DNA of 64,000 nt from a virus (lineage: Duplodnaviria > Caudoviricetes). The position numbers were made by a program, and so were the translations under genes. This document shows, one piece after another, positions 40,302-51,661 of the stretch. The notes beneath the pieces were generated by a model. The model made no database searches. It had not been told where the DNA came from and saw only the letters and a list, made by a program, of their open reading frames with translations. The DNA lies in IMG/VR virus record IMGVR_UViG_2897081166_000001, positions 1 through 64,000 of that record. One strand, written 5' to 3'. Within the stretch, counting starts at the first letter, position 1. Each line of letters starts with the position of its first letter.

Positions 40302-41897
40302 ATGTACCGAAACGACGGCGACGCACTCACGGTCATGGACTGGTTCTGCGGCGCAGGCGGCTCCAGCCAGGGCGCCCACTCCGTCCCCGGCGTGCGCGTC
40401 ACCCGCGCCGCAAACCACTGGGCGAAGGCCATCGACTCCCACGAGGCGAACTTCCCCGAGGCCAGCCACTACCGCGGCGACATCCGCACCGCCCCCGTCT
40501 GGGACTGGCCCGTCACCGACATCTTCTGGGCCTCCCCGGAGTGCACCAACTGGTCCGTGGCGAAGGGCAAGCGCCGCAACTTCGACACCGCCATGCAGGG
40601 CAGCCTCCTCGACCTCCTCGCCGACCAGAACGAGGAGGAACCGGCCGACGCGGAGGAGGAGTCCCGGGCCCTGATGGAGGAAGTGCCGCTGTACCTCCGT
40701 GGCGTCCAGGAGCGCGGCGGGCTCGTCAAGGCCGGTGTCGTAGAGAACGTCACCGACGTCCGGGCCTGGGACCAGTGGGACCGGTGGATCGGCGAGCTCC
40801 ACAAGATGGGCTACCTCACCCGCATCATCGCCCTGAACTCGATGCACGCGAACCCGCGGTCCGTGCACGCCGCACCCCAGTCCCGCGACCGGCTCTACGT
40901 CGGCTACTGGCACAAGTCGCTGGGCCGCACCCCCGACTGGGACAAGTGGCTGCGCCCCCGCGCCTGGTGCTCCGGGTGCGACACCTGGGTGCAGGCCATG
41001 CAGGTCTTCAAGACCCCCGGCCGCGACATGGGCCGCTACCGCACCCAGTACGTCTACCGCTGCCCCTCCACCACCTGCCGCAACCAGATCGTCGAACCCG
41101 AAGCGCTTCCCGCCGCCGCCGCGATCGACTGGTCCATCCCCGGGCAGCGCATCGGCGACCGGGCCAAGCCCCTCGCCGACAAGACGCTCGCCCGCATCCA
41201 GGCCGGGCTCAGGAAGTTCTCCCAGCCCGTCCCGATGATGGTCCCGGCCGGCGGCACCTGGAGAGACTCGGCCGTCAGCGTCGGCGAACCCATGGGCGCC
41301 CGCACCACCCGGGAGAACGACGGCCTCATGGTCCCGCCGCTCCTCGTCCCCGTCGAGGGCCGCGACGGCAAGGAAGCCCGCTCCGTCAACGACCCGCTGC
41401 GCACCATGACCACCCGCAACGAGACCGGGCTCGCCTGGCTCCCGTTCATCGCCGAACTCCGCGGCGGCGGCTCCATCGCCCGGTCCGTCACCGACGCCCT
41501 CGCCACCGTCACCGCCTCCGGGAACCACCACGGGCTCGTCACCCCGGAGAACGTCACCTGGAACGACCTCCTCGTCCCCTACTACACCAACGGCACCGCC
41601 CGCACCGTCCGCGAACCCATCGGCGCCCTCTCCACCCGCGACCGGTACGCCCTTGTCCGAGGCGACGTCGACATCAACGACGTCCGCTTCCGAATGCTAG
41701 AGCCCCACGAGATCGGGCGAGCCATGAGCTTCGCCGACGACTACATCGTCCTCGGCTCCAAGCGCGACAAGGTCCGCCAGTACGGCAACGCCGTCACCCC
41801 CAACGCCGCCGAGATCATCCTCTGCGCCCTCGTCGAAGCCGTCACCGGCGACGAACTGGAGCGGTACGCCGAACCCCAGCTGGCCGCCGCCGCGTGA
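40302..41897 (+). CDS. DNA cytosine-5 methyltransferase 1
   Basis: FCGAGG, SPEC, ENV, PQSRDR, GNAVTP. Confidence 0.92.
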   Translation: MYRNDGDALTVMDWFCGAGGSSQGAHSVPGVRVTRAANHWAKAIDSHEANFPEASHYRGDIRTAPVWDWPVTDIFWASPECTNWSVAKGKRRNFDTAMQGSLLDLLADQNEEEPADAEEESRALMEEVPLYLRGVQERGGLVKAGVVENVTDVRAWDQWDRWIGELHKMGYLTRIIALNSMHANPRSVHAAPQSRDRLYVGYWHKSLGRTPDWDKWLRPRAWCSGCDTWVQAMQVFKTPGRDMGRYRTQYVYRCPSTTCRNQIVEPEALPAAAAIDWSIPGQRIGDRAKPLADKTLARIQAGLRKFSQPVPMMVPAGGTWRDSAVSVGEPMGARTTRENDGLMVPPLLVPVEGRDGKEARSVNDPLRTMTTRNETGLAWLPFIAELRGGGSIARSVTDALATVTASGNHHGLVTPENVTWNDLLVPYYTNGTARTVREPIGALSTRDRYALVRGDVDINDVRFRMLEPHEIGRAMSFADDYIVLGSKRDKVRQYGNAVTPNAAEIILCALVEAVTGDELERYAEPQLAAAA

Positions 41898-41992
41898 CGC
41901 CCCGCCCGGACCCCGCCCCCACCTGACCCAACCGCGGGCCCCACACCGCCCCCGCCCGTACCTATCCGCACCGCCAGGAAGAAGACGACCCC

Positions 41993-43093
41993 ATGGCACG
42001 TGGCCACGGCCGGATCCTCACCAGCATCTGGGAGGACACCGACTTCACGGAACTCGACGAGAGCGAACAGCGCCTCTACCTGTTCCTGATCTCCCAGCCG
42101 AACCTCAACCACGCCGGCCTGCTCGACCTCACGCTCCGGCGCTGGTCCCGCAAGGCCCGGGGTCTGTCCGTCGGCGAGTTGGAGAAGCGCATCCACGCCC
42201 TGGAGCAGGCGCGATTCATCGTCGTGGACGACGACACCGAAGAGCTCCTCATCCGCTCGTTCATCCGCAACGACGGCGTATGGAAGCAGCCGAAGGTCAT
42301 GGGCGCCGCAGTGTCCGGGGCCCTGGAGATCTCGTCAAAGCGGCTCCAGCAGGCGCTGCTCGCCGAGATGGACCGCATCCCTCTCGACGAGCTCAGCGAC
42401 GAGCCGACGAAGGTGCGGGCCGGCGGCGAGGGGCCGTCGATCCGCAGGCAGGTCCAGAACCACATCGAAGACCTTCGCCGGGCCTTCGGCACCCCCACCC
42501 CGGACCCCACGGGAAGGGGATCCGTAACCCCCTCCGCACCCCCCTCGGGAACCCCCTCCGATACCCCTGCCGAAGGGGGTCCGAAAGGCTCTACGCGCGG
42601 GCGCGCGCCCGCATCACGCGCGCATTCCCCTGCCCCTGCCCCTACCCCTACCACCAACCCCGTAGAAGACGTGTGGGCTGAGGAGCCCTCGGAGACCGAG
42701 CCCACCGAGGGGCCTGAGGTCTCCGACGCGGCAGAGCCGGTCGGCGCGACGATCACCCAGATTCGCCCCGACGTCGAGCAGGCCTGCTCGCTGCTCGCCG
42801 AACTCATGGAAGCCAACGGCTGCCGACGGCCGACCGTCACCAAGGAGTGGCGGGACGCCGCCCGCCTCCTCATGGACAAAGACGGCGTCGCCCTCGCCGA
42901 TGTCCTCGGAGCCATCCGCTGGTCCCAGGCCGACCAGTTCTGGCGCTCCAACATCCTCTCGATGCCGAAGCTCCGCAAGCAGTACGACGCCCTGCGCCTC
43001 CGCGCCCAGCGCGACCGCGGCCGGTCCGGCCCGCAGACCGCCCCCCGCCACTCCACCGAGGAAGAGATCGCCAATGACAGCAAGTTCGGGTGA
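41993..43093 (+). CDS. Phage replication initiator
   Basis: IW.D.DF..L N-terminus; FWRSNILSMPKLRKQYD C-terminus; precedes loader and helicase. Confidence 0.8.
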   Translation: MARGHGRILTSIWEDTDFTELDESEQRLYLFLISQPNLNHAGLLDLTLRRWSRKARGLSVGELEKRIHALEQARFIVVDDDTEELLIRSFIRNDGVWKQPKVMGAAVSGALEISSKRLQQALLAEMDRIPLDELSDEPTKVRAGGEGPSIRRQVQNHIEDLRRAFGTPTPDPTGRGSVTPSAPPSGTPSDTPAEGGPKGSTRGRAPASRAHSPAPAPTPTTNPVEDVWAEEPSETEPTEGPEVSDAAEPVGATITQIRPDVEQACSLLAELMEANGCRRPTVTKEWRDAARLLMDKDGVALADVLGAIRWSQADQFWRSNILSMPKLRKQYDALRLRAQRDRGRSGPQTAPRHSTEEEIANDSKFG

Positions 43094-43700
43094 CGAAACC
43101 CCCATGAACTCCTGGCTCAACGAGCGCCGCACCCAGGCCCTCGCCGCATTCGACGACCAGATCCCGCTCCTCTACCGCCGCCGCATCTACCTCAACGACC
43201 ACGTCGCCCAGTGGGCCGACCAGACCGAGGAGGCACCCACCAGCCTGTTCCTCTGGGGGCCGTTGGGTGTCGGAAAGACCCACAACGCGTGGCAGGCCAC
43301 CCGCCGTTGGGTCGGCCAGCGATTCGCCGGCAACTACCGCGGCACCCCCATCGTCCAGACTTGGCGGTCCACCGCCCTGTTCGACGCCCTGCGGCCCGAC
43401 GACAACGGGGGCAGCCCCAAGCGGCTCATGAAGCAGCTCCAGACCGCGGACCTGCTGTACATCGACGACGTGGCCGCCGCCCGGGTCTCCCCGACCGGGT
43501 GGACCCAGGAACGGCTCTACGAAATCTTCGACGAGCGGTACATCAACCGGCTTCCGATCCTGATCACCAGCGATGTGAAGCCCAGCCAGATCAGCCACAT
43601 CGTGGGGGAGCGGGTCACCTCCCGGTCCGCGGAAATCTTCCGGGGCGGGGTCGTCCACCTCTCGGGTGCCGACCGGCGGCAGGGTGGTGAAGCCGCGTGA
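43074..43700 (+). CDS. DnaC/IstB-like AAA+ helicase loader
   Basis: GPLGVGKT, LLYIDDV, ERY...P..ITS, DRR. Confidence 0.88.
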   Translation: MTASSGDETPMNSWLNERRTQALAAFDDQIPLLYRRRIYLNDHVAQWADQTEEAPTSLFLWGPLGVGKTHNAWQATRRWVGQRFAGNYRGTPIVQTWRSTALFDALRPDDNGGSPKRLMKQLQTADLLYIDDVAAARVSPTGWTQERLYEIFDERYINRLPILITSDVKPSQISHIVGERVTSRSAEIFRGGVVHLSGADRRQGGEAA

Positions 43701-44098
43701 GCGCCCAGCCCACCCGCATCCAGCGTCGCCGCACGAAGGGCTGGCGTGCTCCCGAGGGGGCCGCCTACGTCGGACGTGGCACGGCGTTCGGGAACCCATG
43801 GGCCGTCGTGCAGACGACCAGCGGCACCGGATGGGCAGTGCAGTGGGCAGGACACGCCAACCAGCACCGCCCCCTCGGCCTCGCCAGTTTCGTCCCGGCG
43901 GACGACCAGCGCGACGCCCACACCCTCGCCGTCGAGCTGTACGAGATGTGGGTCCACGCCCACCCGCAGCTCCTCGAACGCGCCCGACGCGACCTCGCAG
44001 GCCGGGACCTCATGTGCTGGTGCGCCGACACCCTGCCCTGCCACATCGACCCCCTGCTCGCCATCGCCAACCAGCCACACCAGGAGACCAGCGCATGA
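43697..44098 (+). CDS. DUF4326-like protein
   Basis: YVGRGT.FGNP, LAGRDLMCWC, CH.D.L. Confidence 0.8.
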   Translation: MSAQPTRIQRRRTKGWRAPEGAAYVGRGTAFGNPWAVVQTTSGTGWAVQWAGHANQHRPLGLASFVPADDQRDAHTLAVELYEMWVHAHPQLLERARRDLAGRDLMCWCADTLPCHIDPLLAIANQPHQETSA

Positions 44099-45468
44099 CC
44101 ACCAGCATGTGGGACACCCCCATCGACGACCCGACCACCCTGCCCAGCACCCCCGCCGACTTCGAAGCCGAGAAGATCCTCGTCGCCACCGCCATGGCCC
44201 GCCCCACCACCGTCGACGAACTCGCCGCCACCGGCTTCGACCCCGCCGACATCGTCGACGACCGCTACCGGTGGGTGTGGTACGCCGTCGAAGAACTCGC
44301 CACCACCTTCCAGGCCGGCGAAATCCGCTACATCCCCATCGCCCGACAGCTTCAGGCATGGCGCGCCGACGGCCGCATCCTCAGCATCCCCTTCACCGAA
44401 GACCAGCTTCGCGACCTGTACAACCACGCCCAGCCCGGATCCGAGAGCTACTTCGCCGACCGCATCACCCGGCAAGCCATCGCGGCCCGCATGGTCGCCC
44501 ACGGCCACGCCTCCATCCTCCGCGGCAACTCCCCGGCCTTCGACCCCGACCAAGACGTCGCCGCGGCGCAGGCCGAACTCGACGGCGTCATCCGCGCCAC
44601 CACCGGCACCGAAACCACCCTCGTCGGCGACCTCCTCGCCGGCGTCTTCGAACGAGCCACCACCCCACCCACCAACGACGACAAGATCCCCACCGGGTTC
44701 ATCGACCTCGACGGGCTCCTCTGCGGCGGATGGGCCCCCGGCCAGATGGTTGTCGTCGGCGCCCGACCCGCCATGGGCAAAACCACCTTCGGCCTCGGCC
44801 TTGCAAGGGCCGCCGCCATCACCCACAACATCCCCACCCTGTTCGAATCCCTCGAAATGGGTGAAGCCGAACTCGGCAACAGCATCGTCTCCGCCGAAGC
44901 CCGCGTCGCCCTCCACCACATCAAGCAAGGCGTCGTCGGCGAAGACGCCGACGGCACCCGCCGCATGGCCACCCGAGCCCCGGCCATCAAAGCCGCCCCG
45001 CTCCACATCAGCGACGAAGCGAACCTGTCCATGGCCACCCTCCGCGGCCGGGTCCGCAACCTCGTCCGCACCGAAGGGCTCCGGCTCGTCGTCGTCGACT
45101 ACCTGCAGCTCATGCAGGCGCCCCGGGCCGAGTCCCGGCAGGTCGCCGTCTCGGAGATGTCCCGGCAGCTGAAGCTCCTCGCGAAGGAGTTCCAGATCAC
45201 AGTGATCGTCCTCGCCCAGCTCAACCGCGGACCCGAGCAGCGCACCGAGAAGAAGCCCATGGTGTCGGACCTGCGGGAGTCCGGGGCGATCGAGCAGGAC
45301 GCCGACATCGTGATCCTGCTCCACCGCGAAGACGCCTACGAGAAGGAATCCCCCCGGGCCGGTGAAGCCGACCTCATTGTGGGCAAGCACCGCGGGGGAC
45401 CCACGGCAACGATCACCACCGCGTTCCAGGGCCACTACGCCCGCTTCGTCGACATGGCCCAGACCTGA
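44095..45468 (+). CDS. dnaB: DnaB-like replicative helicase
   Basis: GARPAMGKT, SLEM, DYLQL, QLNR, DLRESGAIEQDAD. Confidence 0.95.
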   Translation: MTTSMWDTPIDDPTTLPSTPADFEAEKILVATAMARPTTVDELAATGFDPADIVDDRYRWVWYAVEELATTFQAGEIRYIPIARQLQAWRADGRILSIPFTEDQLRDLYNHAQPGSESYFADRITRQAIAARMVAHGHASILRGNSPAFDPDQDVAAAQAELDGVIRATTGTETTLVGDLLAGVFERATTPPTNDDKIPTGFIDLDGLLCGGWAPGQMVVVGARPAMGKTTFGLGLARAAAITHNIPTLFESLEMGEAELGNSIVSAEARVALHHIKQGVVGEDADGTRRMATRAPAIKAAPLHISDEANLSMATLRGRVRNLVRTEGLRLVVVDYLQLMQAPRAESRQVAVSEMSRQLKLLAKEFQITVIVLAQLNRGPEQRTEKKPMVSDLRESGAIEQDADIVILLHREDAYEKESPRAGEADLIVGKHRGGPTATITTAFQGHYARFVDMAQT

Positions 45469-46317
45469 TGTGGGAGCCGACCGTCGACGACATCGTCGCC
45501 GCCCGCGAACAAGGCGACCTCAAAGCCCTGTTACTCCTCGCCGCCGGCATCGCCCCCACTGCGCCCAAACAGCGCCAAGCCGAACCCGAGCAGCCCTGCT
45601 TCCACATCCGCCGCCCCGGCGCCTGGCCCTGCGGCACCGCCCCAACCGGCCCCACCCCGAAACCCTGCACCGACTGCCAGCCGCCAGAAAGGACCAGCAC
45701 ATGAGCCCCCGCCGCAAGCCCCCCGTCAACGTCCACTACCGCGCCGGCGGCTGGACGCTGCCCGACTACAGCGACCTCGCCGACTGCACCCCCAACTACC
45801 AGCGTGGCCTGAACGGCGAGCCGGCCTGCACCGGCACCGTCGTGTGGAAGGTCGTCGAGGAACAGGGGCTGATCCAGACGTTCCGCTTCTACTGCGACGC
45901 CGACCTTCCCGCCCAGGTCCGGCCGCAGGTCGACAACTGCCCCAACTGTCCGCGCCAGTGCGTCCAGCCAGCCGCCGAGTACCGCGGTGACGTCGAGGTC
46001 AGCCACCTGTACCGCTGCCCGGCCTGTGGCGTGACGTGGTCGACGAACCGGGACCTGCGGGCGTATGGGGAGGCGGCGTGACGGCCAACCCGCGGGGGAC
46101 CGGTCGTCGGTTGGGGCGCGGGCGCGACCCGGCAGTACCCCCTTCGCGGGACAAAAACCGGCCTCTCGCAGCCGAACAGGCTTCCGGTGCCCCGGAGTCC
46201 CAGCGGGGCGGAGAACGCCAGGGAGGCACCCAGCGGGCCGATCCGACCCCAGAACCCATCCCCGGGCAGACCGAACTGCCCCTCACCTACCGACAAGTGA
46301 CCCTTTGGAGCCTCTGA
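45468..46317 (+). CDS. Three small coupled hypothetical genes (45468-45704, 45701-46081, 46078-46317)
   Basis: Translational coupling; CxxC motifs. Confidence 0.6.
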
Positions 46318-47279
46318 TGGATCTACTTCGAAACGCCGTGGATTTGTTCTCCGGCCCGCGGGGCTGGACGGAGGGCATGCGCGCTCTCGGTATCAGCGAC
46401 ATCGGCCTGGAGGTCTGCCGGTGGGCGTGCGCAACCGCCATGGCGGCGGGGCACGCGACCGTGCAGTGCGACGTCACCACCGCTGACCCAGCCCTGTACG
46501 CCGACATGCCGGGCCTGATCGCGTCTCCGCCGTGCCGCCCGTGGTCCCCGGGCGGCCTCCGCCAGGGCCTGGCGGACCGGGAGTTGGTGGCCGCGGCGAT
46601 CGACGACCTGGCCGCCGGCCGCGACCCCCGGGCGACTCTCCGCGCCCTGTGCGCGAACCCCGAGAGCATGCTCGCCGCCGAGCCGATGCGGTGGCTGTAC
46701 CTGCTGCGCCCGGAGTGGGTGTGCATGGAGCAGGTGCCCGCGGTCCTCCCGTTGTGGCAGCAGTACGCCCGGCATCTGGCCGGATGGGGGTACAGCGTGT
46801 GGACCGGGGTGGTGGACGCGGGCCGGCATGGGGTGCCGCAGACGCGGCGCCGGGCGGTGTTCATCGCGTCCCGGGTGCGGGACGTGGGCCCCCCGGTGGC
46901 CACGCACGCCGCGGCCCCGGCCATGCGTGACGTGGTCCCCGGTGTCGCCGCGGACACGGTGCTGGTGTCCCGCCGGGACTCGGTGGCCCGCCTTGCCGCA
47001 CACGGGCCGCGCCGCAACCGGGCCGGGGCCGAGCCCGCCCCGACGGTCACCGGTGAGGTGTGGCGGTGGAAGTGGGACGACCACGGTGCCGTCCGCCCCG
47101 TCACCGCCTCCGAGGCCGGGCAGTTGCAGACGTTCCCCGCCGACTACCCGTGGCAGGGCCCGAAAACCCGGGTCGCCCGGCAGGTCGGGGACGCCGTGCC
47201 GCCGGCTCTCGCCACCGCGGTCGTCGCTGTGGCCACCGGGGCTACCGCCCCCGCGCAGCCTCACCTCACCGCCGCATGA
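46317..47279 (+). CDS. DNA cytosine-5 methyltransferase 2
   Basis: DLFSGPRG, SPPC, EQV, PQTRRR, GDAVPP. Confidence 0.88.
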   Translation: MDLLRNAVDLFSGPRGWTEGMRALGISDIGLEVCRWACATAMAAGHATVQCDVTTADPALYADMPGLIASPPCRPWSPGGLRQGLADRELVAAAIDDLAAGRDPRATLRALCANPESMLAAEPMRWLYLLRPEWVCMEQVPAVLPLWQQYARHLAGWGYSVWTGVVDAGRHGVPQTRRRAVFIASRVRDVGPPVATHAAAPAMRDVVPGVAADTVLVSRRDSVARLAAHGPRRNRAGAEPAPTVTGEVWRWKWDDHGAVRPVTASEAGQLQTFPADYPWQGPKTRVARQVGDAVPPALATAVVAVATGATAPAQPHLTAA

Positions 47280-47358
47280 CCCACGCAGTACCGGCTGCCC
47301 CCGTTGGACCCGGGGGCAGCCGGCCCGCCCACCGTACCTGCACTCACCTGGAGCCCTG

Positions 47359-49679
47359 ATGCCCACCTCGCCCACCCCCGCCGACTTGACCGAGGAGCAG
47401 CGCGACGCCCGCCGCACCCGGGCCCGCGACCTCATCGAGGAACGGCTCACCGACACGTGGCCCGCGTGGCGGCGCCCCGGCCGGAAGCCGAACCTGCCGC
47501 TCGCCGCCGACATCGCCCTCGACGCCCTCGGAGACCTCGCGGCCGAGATCCTCGTCGACGGCACGATGATGCGCGCCCTCACCATCCGCGACGGCGTCGC
47601 CACCCTCGAACTCGCCGAGGCCACCGAGATGGTGCGGATCTTCGCCGCCGGGATGCGCGGCGCCCTCGACGGAGCGACGAACTACGTCGAGATGGAGATG
47701 ACCGACGGGTCGACCGGTGAGGGGTTCACCGTCACCGTCCGCCGCCGGGAGCGCCCGACGCCGCACGAACTTCGGCAGCAGGCTGAGGCGCGTGTCGAGA
47801 GGCTGACGGCCGAGCTTGCGGTGGCCCGGCAGCTCCTCGGCACCAACGTGGCCGAGGGCGCGGCGGACGACGCCGCCGCCGCGTTGGGCGACGGAGCGGT
47901 GCGCTGCCCGCTGTGCCCCAGCCCGCTGATGCTGCACACCCCGAGCGGGGCCCGCGCGCACTTCGCCCACGTGCACCCCGAGCAGCAGATCAGCGGCCAT
48001 CAGGGTCCGTGGCCGGTGCTGGCCGACGCCGCCCCGCCCGCGCCTGCCGACCGGGCCGTGCTACCGAACGTCCGCCCCCACACCCTCACCGCCATCGCCT
48101 GCCACCTGGACGCCCGGTCCGTCGCGATCCTGCGGCCCGAGAGCGAGACCTACGCCGAGTGGCAGGCCGTGTCTGCCTTCCTCCGCGCGCTAGCCGCCGA
48201 CGCTGCCGCCGGGGTGCAGCCGCCCACCAGCGAGGCACGCTGCTCGTATCGGCTGGAGCACCGCCGCCCCGGCGAGACGACCTGGCAGCGGAACACCCCC
48301 GGCATCGGGGCGAACTGGTCCTGGCAGTCCCGGGAGAAGGCAGCCCAGCGACTGGCCGAGGCCCGCGACCGGTGGCCGGACTTCGAGCACCGGCTGATCG
48401 AGACAACGACCACCGTCACCGAGCAGCCCGCTGCCCCTGCCGCACCCGAGGAGCAGCGGTGACCGCCCCCTGCGTTGTCCGCGTCGCCCCGGCCCTCCGC
48501 CCGCTGGAACACCTACTCGTCAGCGGACGCCACCTCCGCGCCGCCCGCCGGTGGCCGTGGGCGTGGTGGTGCGCCACCTGCGACACCGCCTACGGAGCCG
48601 CGAAGACCGAAGCCGAAGCCACCGCAGCCGCCGACGCGCACGCCACCGCCGCCCGCACCCGAGCGCCCGAGGAGCCCACCCCGTGCTGAGCGCGATCCTG
48701 CACCGCCTCCGACACCACCACCGGTCCGACCGGGCCCGCCGCCGGAAGCCCGTCTGCCGCTGCGGCCGGGCCCACCCCGGGCCGCGACGCTACTGCCGCA
48801 CCCGCTGACCCCCACCCCTGCTGTGTGGCCGCCCCACCACAGGCGGCCACACCACACCCCGGAAGGACCACACCATGACCAACGCCGCGTACCGAACCCT
48901 CGTGGAGCAGCGCTCCATGGCCCTCGACTACCTCGAAGCCCCCGACACCGACATCCCCGACCACACCCGGCGCACGCTCCTCGGCCTCCTCGACGACGGA
49001 CGCCTCAACGGACCCCGCTGCGGCAAGACCACCGCCGCCAACGGCACCGAGCACCCGCCCTGCGCACGGCCTGCTGGACACCCCGAGGCGTACTGCCGGG
49101 ACGCCGACCGCACGGTGTACTTCATCGCCACCGAGGGGGCCCGGTGACCACCCAGCCCGAGCGCCTACCCACCGACATCGTCGAAGCCCGCCTCAACCAC
49201 CTCATCGACCGAGCCCGACGCGGCGCACTCCTACCCGACGAGGCCGACCGGTTCACCACCGACCTCCGCGACCTCGTCCGCCGTCTGGAGGACGAGGAAG
49301 ACGCCAGCCGTCGGCTCCTCGTCCAGCGGCAGGAGATGGCCGCAGAACGGTACGCGTGGCAGGAGCGTGGCGACCGCGCCGAGGCCCGTGTCCGCGAGCT
49401 GGAGGCCGAGAACGCCCGCCTGACCGCCGAGCGGCGCGCAGCCACCACCTGACCCCGCCAACCAGAGGAGCCCGCATGATCACCCGCCTCGCCGGCCGTC
49501 TTGCCACGGCCCTCACCCGGTACGCCCACCGGCACGGCACCCACCACTACCTGTCGACCGGCTGCTTGCACGGGGAGCACGGGTACTGCCAAGGGAAGAC
49601 CGGGCGGGCGGGGGCGAAGAAGCCGGCCGAGTGCAAGTTCTGCGGGGCCGGCTGCACCTGCCCATGCCACCACAACTGA
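47359..49679 (+). CDS. Run of hypothetical genes (47359-48462, 48459-48689, 48875-49147, 49144-49452, 49476-49679)
   Basis: RBS motifs, coupling, codon bias. Confidence 0.6.
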
Positions 49680-49693
49680 CTCCGGACACACCG

Positions 49694-49729
49694 CAGCCCC
49701 CACCCAGACGGGTGGGGGCTGTCGTTTTT
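49694..49729 (+). terminator. Intrinsic terminator ending the early operon
   Basis: CAGCCCCCACCC...GGGTGGGGGCTG followed by a T-run. Confidence 0.75.
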
Positions 49730-49888
49730 CCCGAACCGTCCACGCACCGTGTGGGCGTGTGCCATGCTGGGGCTCTGCCCGCGAGAGCGGGCTGTGTCAC
49801 CCTTCTCTGCACAAGCGGAGGTGGTCCGAGTCTTTCTGGACAATGGGTGGCAGGAGTGCTTCCTTCTCCGCGTGAGCGGAGCACAGCA

Positions 49889-49923
49889 TGAAGGCCCCCG
49901 CCCGCTTGGGTGGGGGCCTTCGT
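49889..49923 (-). terminator. Hairpin terminator
   Basis: GAAGGCCCCC...GGGGGCCTTC. Confidence 0.65.
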
Positions 49924-50144
49924 CATGCCCGGTTGGTGCGGCGTCCAGGTTGCCGGTCGGCGGCGACAGCGCGGACCTCTTCGGCATGCCACAGGGCGAC
50001 GATGCGCCCACTGTCCGGGTGGCGGCCTTCGCCGGCGCGTTTGATGCCTCGCCGGGAGAGGAGGCCGCTGGCGCTCTTCAGCTTGATTCCGAGGTGGTCG
50101 GCGGCTTCCTGGGTGGTCCAGAGTTCGGGGGTAGGGTCGGGCAC
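49923..50144 (-). CDS. Small HTH DNA-binding protein
   Basis: LWTTQEAADHLGIKLKSASGLLSR...PGRRT. Confidence 0.7.
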   Translation of the reverse strand: MPDPTPELWTTQEAADHLGIKLKSASGLLSRRGIKRAGEGRHPDSGRIVALWHAEEVRAVAADRQPGRRTNRA

Positions 50145-50218
50145 GCGCGGGCTCCTTCCGTGCCAGTACGGCCCGCCACCGGGGTGCATCCGGTGGCGGG
50201 CCGCTGCTGTGTTCGGGG

Positions 50219-50548
50219 TCAGGTGAGGTCGGCGAGGACCTTGGCTTCGATCTCGGGCAGGCGGTTCAGGACGATCTCCGCGGACTGGTTCAGGTAGCTC
50301 TCCAGGTCCTCCTTCTCGACCTGGTCGATGTTCTCCGTGTACGAGATCCCGCGCTCGCGGATCTCCCAGGCGCAGCCGTCCGGGAGTAGCTTGTCGAACT
50401 CCTCGACCTGGGCGTCGACCAGGGCGTCGACCAGGGCCTTCTCCTGCTTGGGGGTGAGCTCGCCGTTGTTGATGGTGCAGAGCCAGCTCTCGACGATGCG
50501 GCTGTGGTCGAAGGCCCAGTCGAGGTTGGTGTAGGGGGTGTTGCTCAT
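50219..50548 (-). CDS. Acidic hypothetical protein
   Basis: AAGGAG RBS; strong codon bias. Confidence 0.75.
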   Translation of the reverse strand: MSNTPYTNLDWAFDHSRIVESWLCTINNGELTPKQEKALVDALVDAQVEEFDKLLPDGCAWEIRERGISYTENIDQVEKEDLESYLNQSAEIVLNRLPEIEAKVLADLT

Positions 50549-50599
50549 GGTGGAGGCTCCTTCTCCGTGCCGTGGGCGGGTGCCCTTGGTGATGACCTA

Positions 50600-50623
50600 A
50601 CCTTGCAGTACGTACTGCAAGGT
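50600..50623. promoter_or_regulatory. Perfect 24-bp palindrome, likely operator
   Basis: ACCTTGCAGTACGTACTGCAAGGT. Confidence 0.7.
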
Positions 50624-50682
50624 GGTCAAGGGGTGTCACCCGAAAGAGTGAGAACCCACCAGGCCGGCGAGATCTCCCACGC

Positions 50683-51387
50683 TCACTCCGACGGCAACCG
50701 CAGAGCCACATCCGCAGCCCAGACACCAGCATCCAGGCCCTCCGGGCTGTCGTCGGCGAAGTGCTGCAACAACCGGACCGCCTTCCGATGGTCACCTTGG
50801 AGGAGGCGCGGGGCTGTCGAGTACGAGCCGGTAGGGGAGTCCATGACCGACACAACGGCCAGGGCGAGGGGCAGGACACGCCCCACCTACAGGTCCAGCA
50901 CCGCCCACACCCGTCGCCCGTCCTCCGCAGTGTCCGTCCCGCACGACACCGCGCCCAACCCGGCCAGCTCTGGCAATACTGCCTCGTCCGCGACCGCGAG
51001 ACCCGGCCGGTGCGACAGGGCCACGATCAGCGCCTGCCGGTTCTGGTCCGCAAGGTGCACGGACACCCGCCGGCCACCGTCCGCGACCGCAGTCCGCACC
51101 AGCAGCTCCGTCAGCCCTGCCGCCGCCACGTCGGCCTCCCGGTACCCCCACTCGTGCAGCCGGCCCAGCACATGCCCCGAAGCCTTCTTCGGCGACCAGG
51201 CGGCAGCCTCCAGGGTCCAGTTGGCGCTGCGCCGGTTCCGCACCTGCATCCGCGCCCGCGCCGTACCTGCAAGGCCCGTCTCCGGGCGCGGCGGCGAGAT
51301 CGGCCGCTTCGGAGGCGGTGGAGTCTTCGGCGGGTAGTCCGGAGTGTGATCCAGCACGGTCGGCTCCCAGCATCGACGGACACCCAT
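50683..51387 (-). CDS. Degenerate HATPase/RsbW-like protein (50887-about 51387) plus small ORF 50683-50886
   Basis: LHEWGY...LTELLVRTAV...GRRVWAVLDL; starts uncertain. Confidence 0.55.
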
Positions 51388-51448
51388 CGTAAAGCCGCGC
51401 TCACCGCCCGGGGTCGAAACCGCATCGCTTGGTTGTCGTTCACACGAC

Positions 51449-51661
51449 ATGACCGTTGACTCCCGCGACCTCCAGATTGCCGTCCTTCGACTCTTCCTGC
51501 GAGACGCCGTCCGCTACCTCAGCTTCGCAGCCGGCCGCGAAGTCGCAGACGACCCCGACTGGGCCCAGCAAGTCATGGACCGGGTCAGCGGCATAGAAGA
51601 AGTTCTCAACCTCACCGGGCCCGGGCCGGAAACAGAGCCTCGCCCGGACGGCGAAGCGTAG
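51449..51661 (+). CDS. Small hypothetical protein
   Basis: Coding-like 70-aa ORF. Confidence 0.5.
   Translation: MTVDSRDLQIAVLRLFLRDAVRYLSFAAGREVADDPDWAQQVMDRVSGIEEVLNLTGPGPETEPRPDGEA

Noticed and set aside
40302-47279. Restriction-modification system
   Set aside because: No adjacent restriction endonuclease is recognisable.
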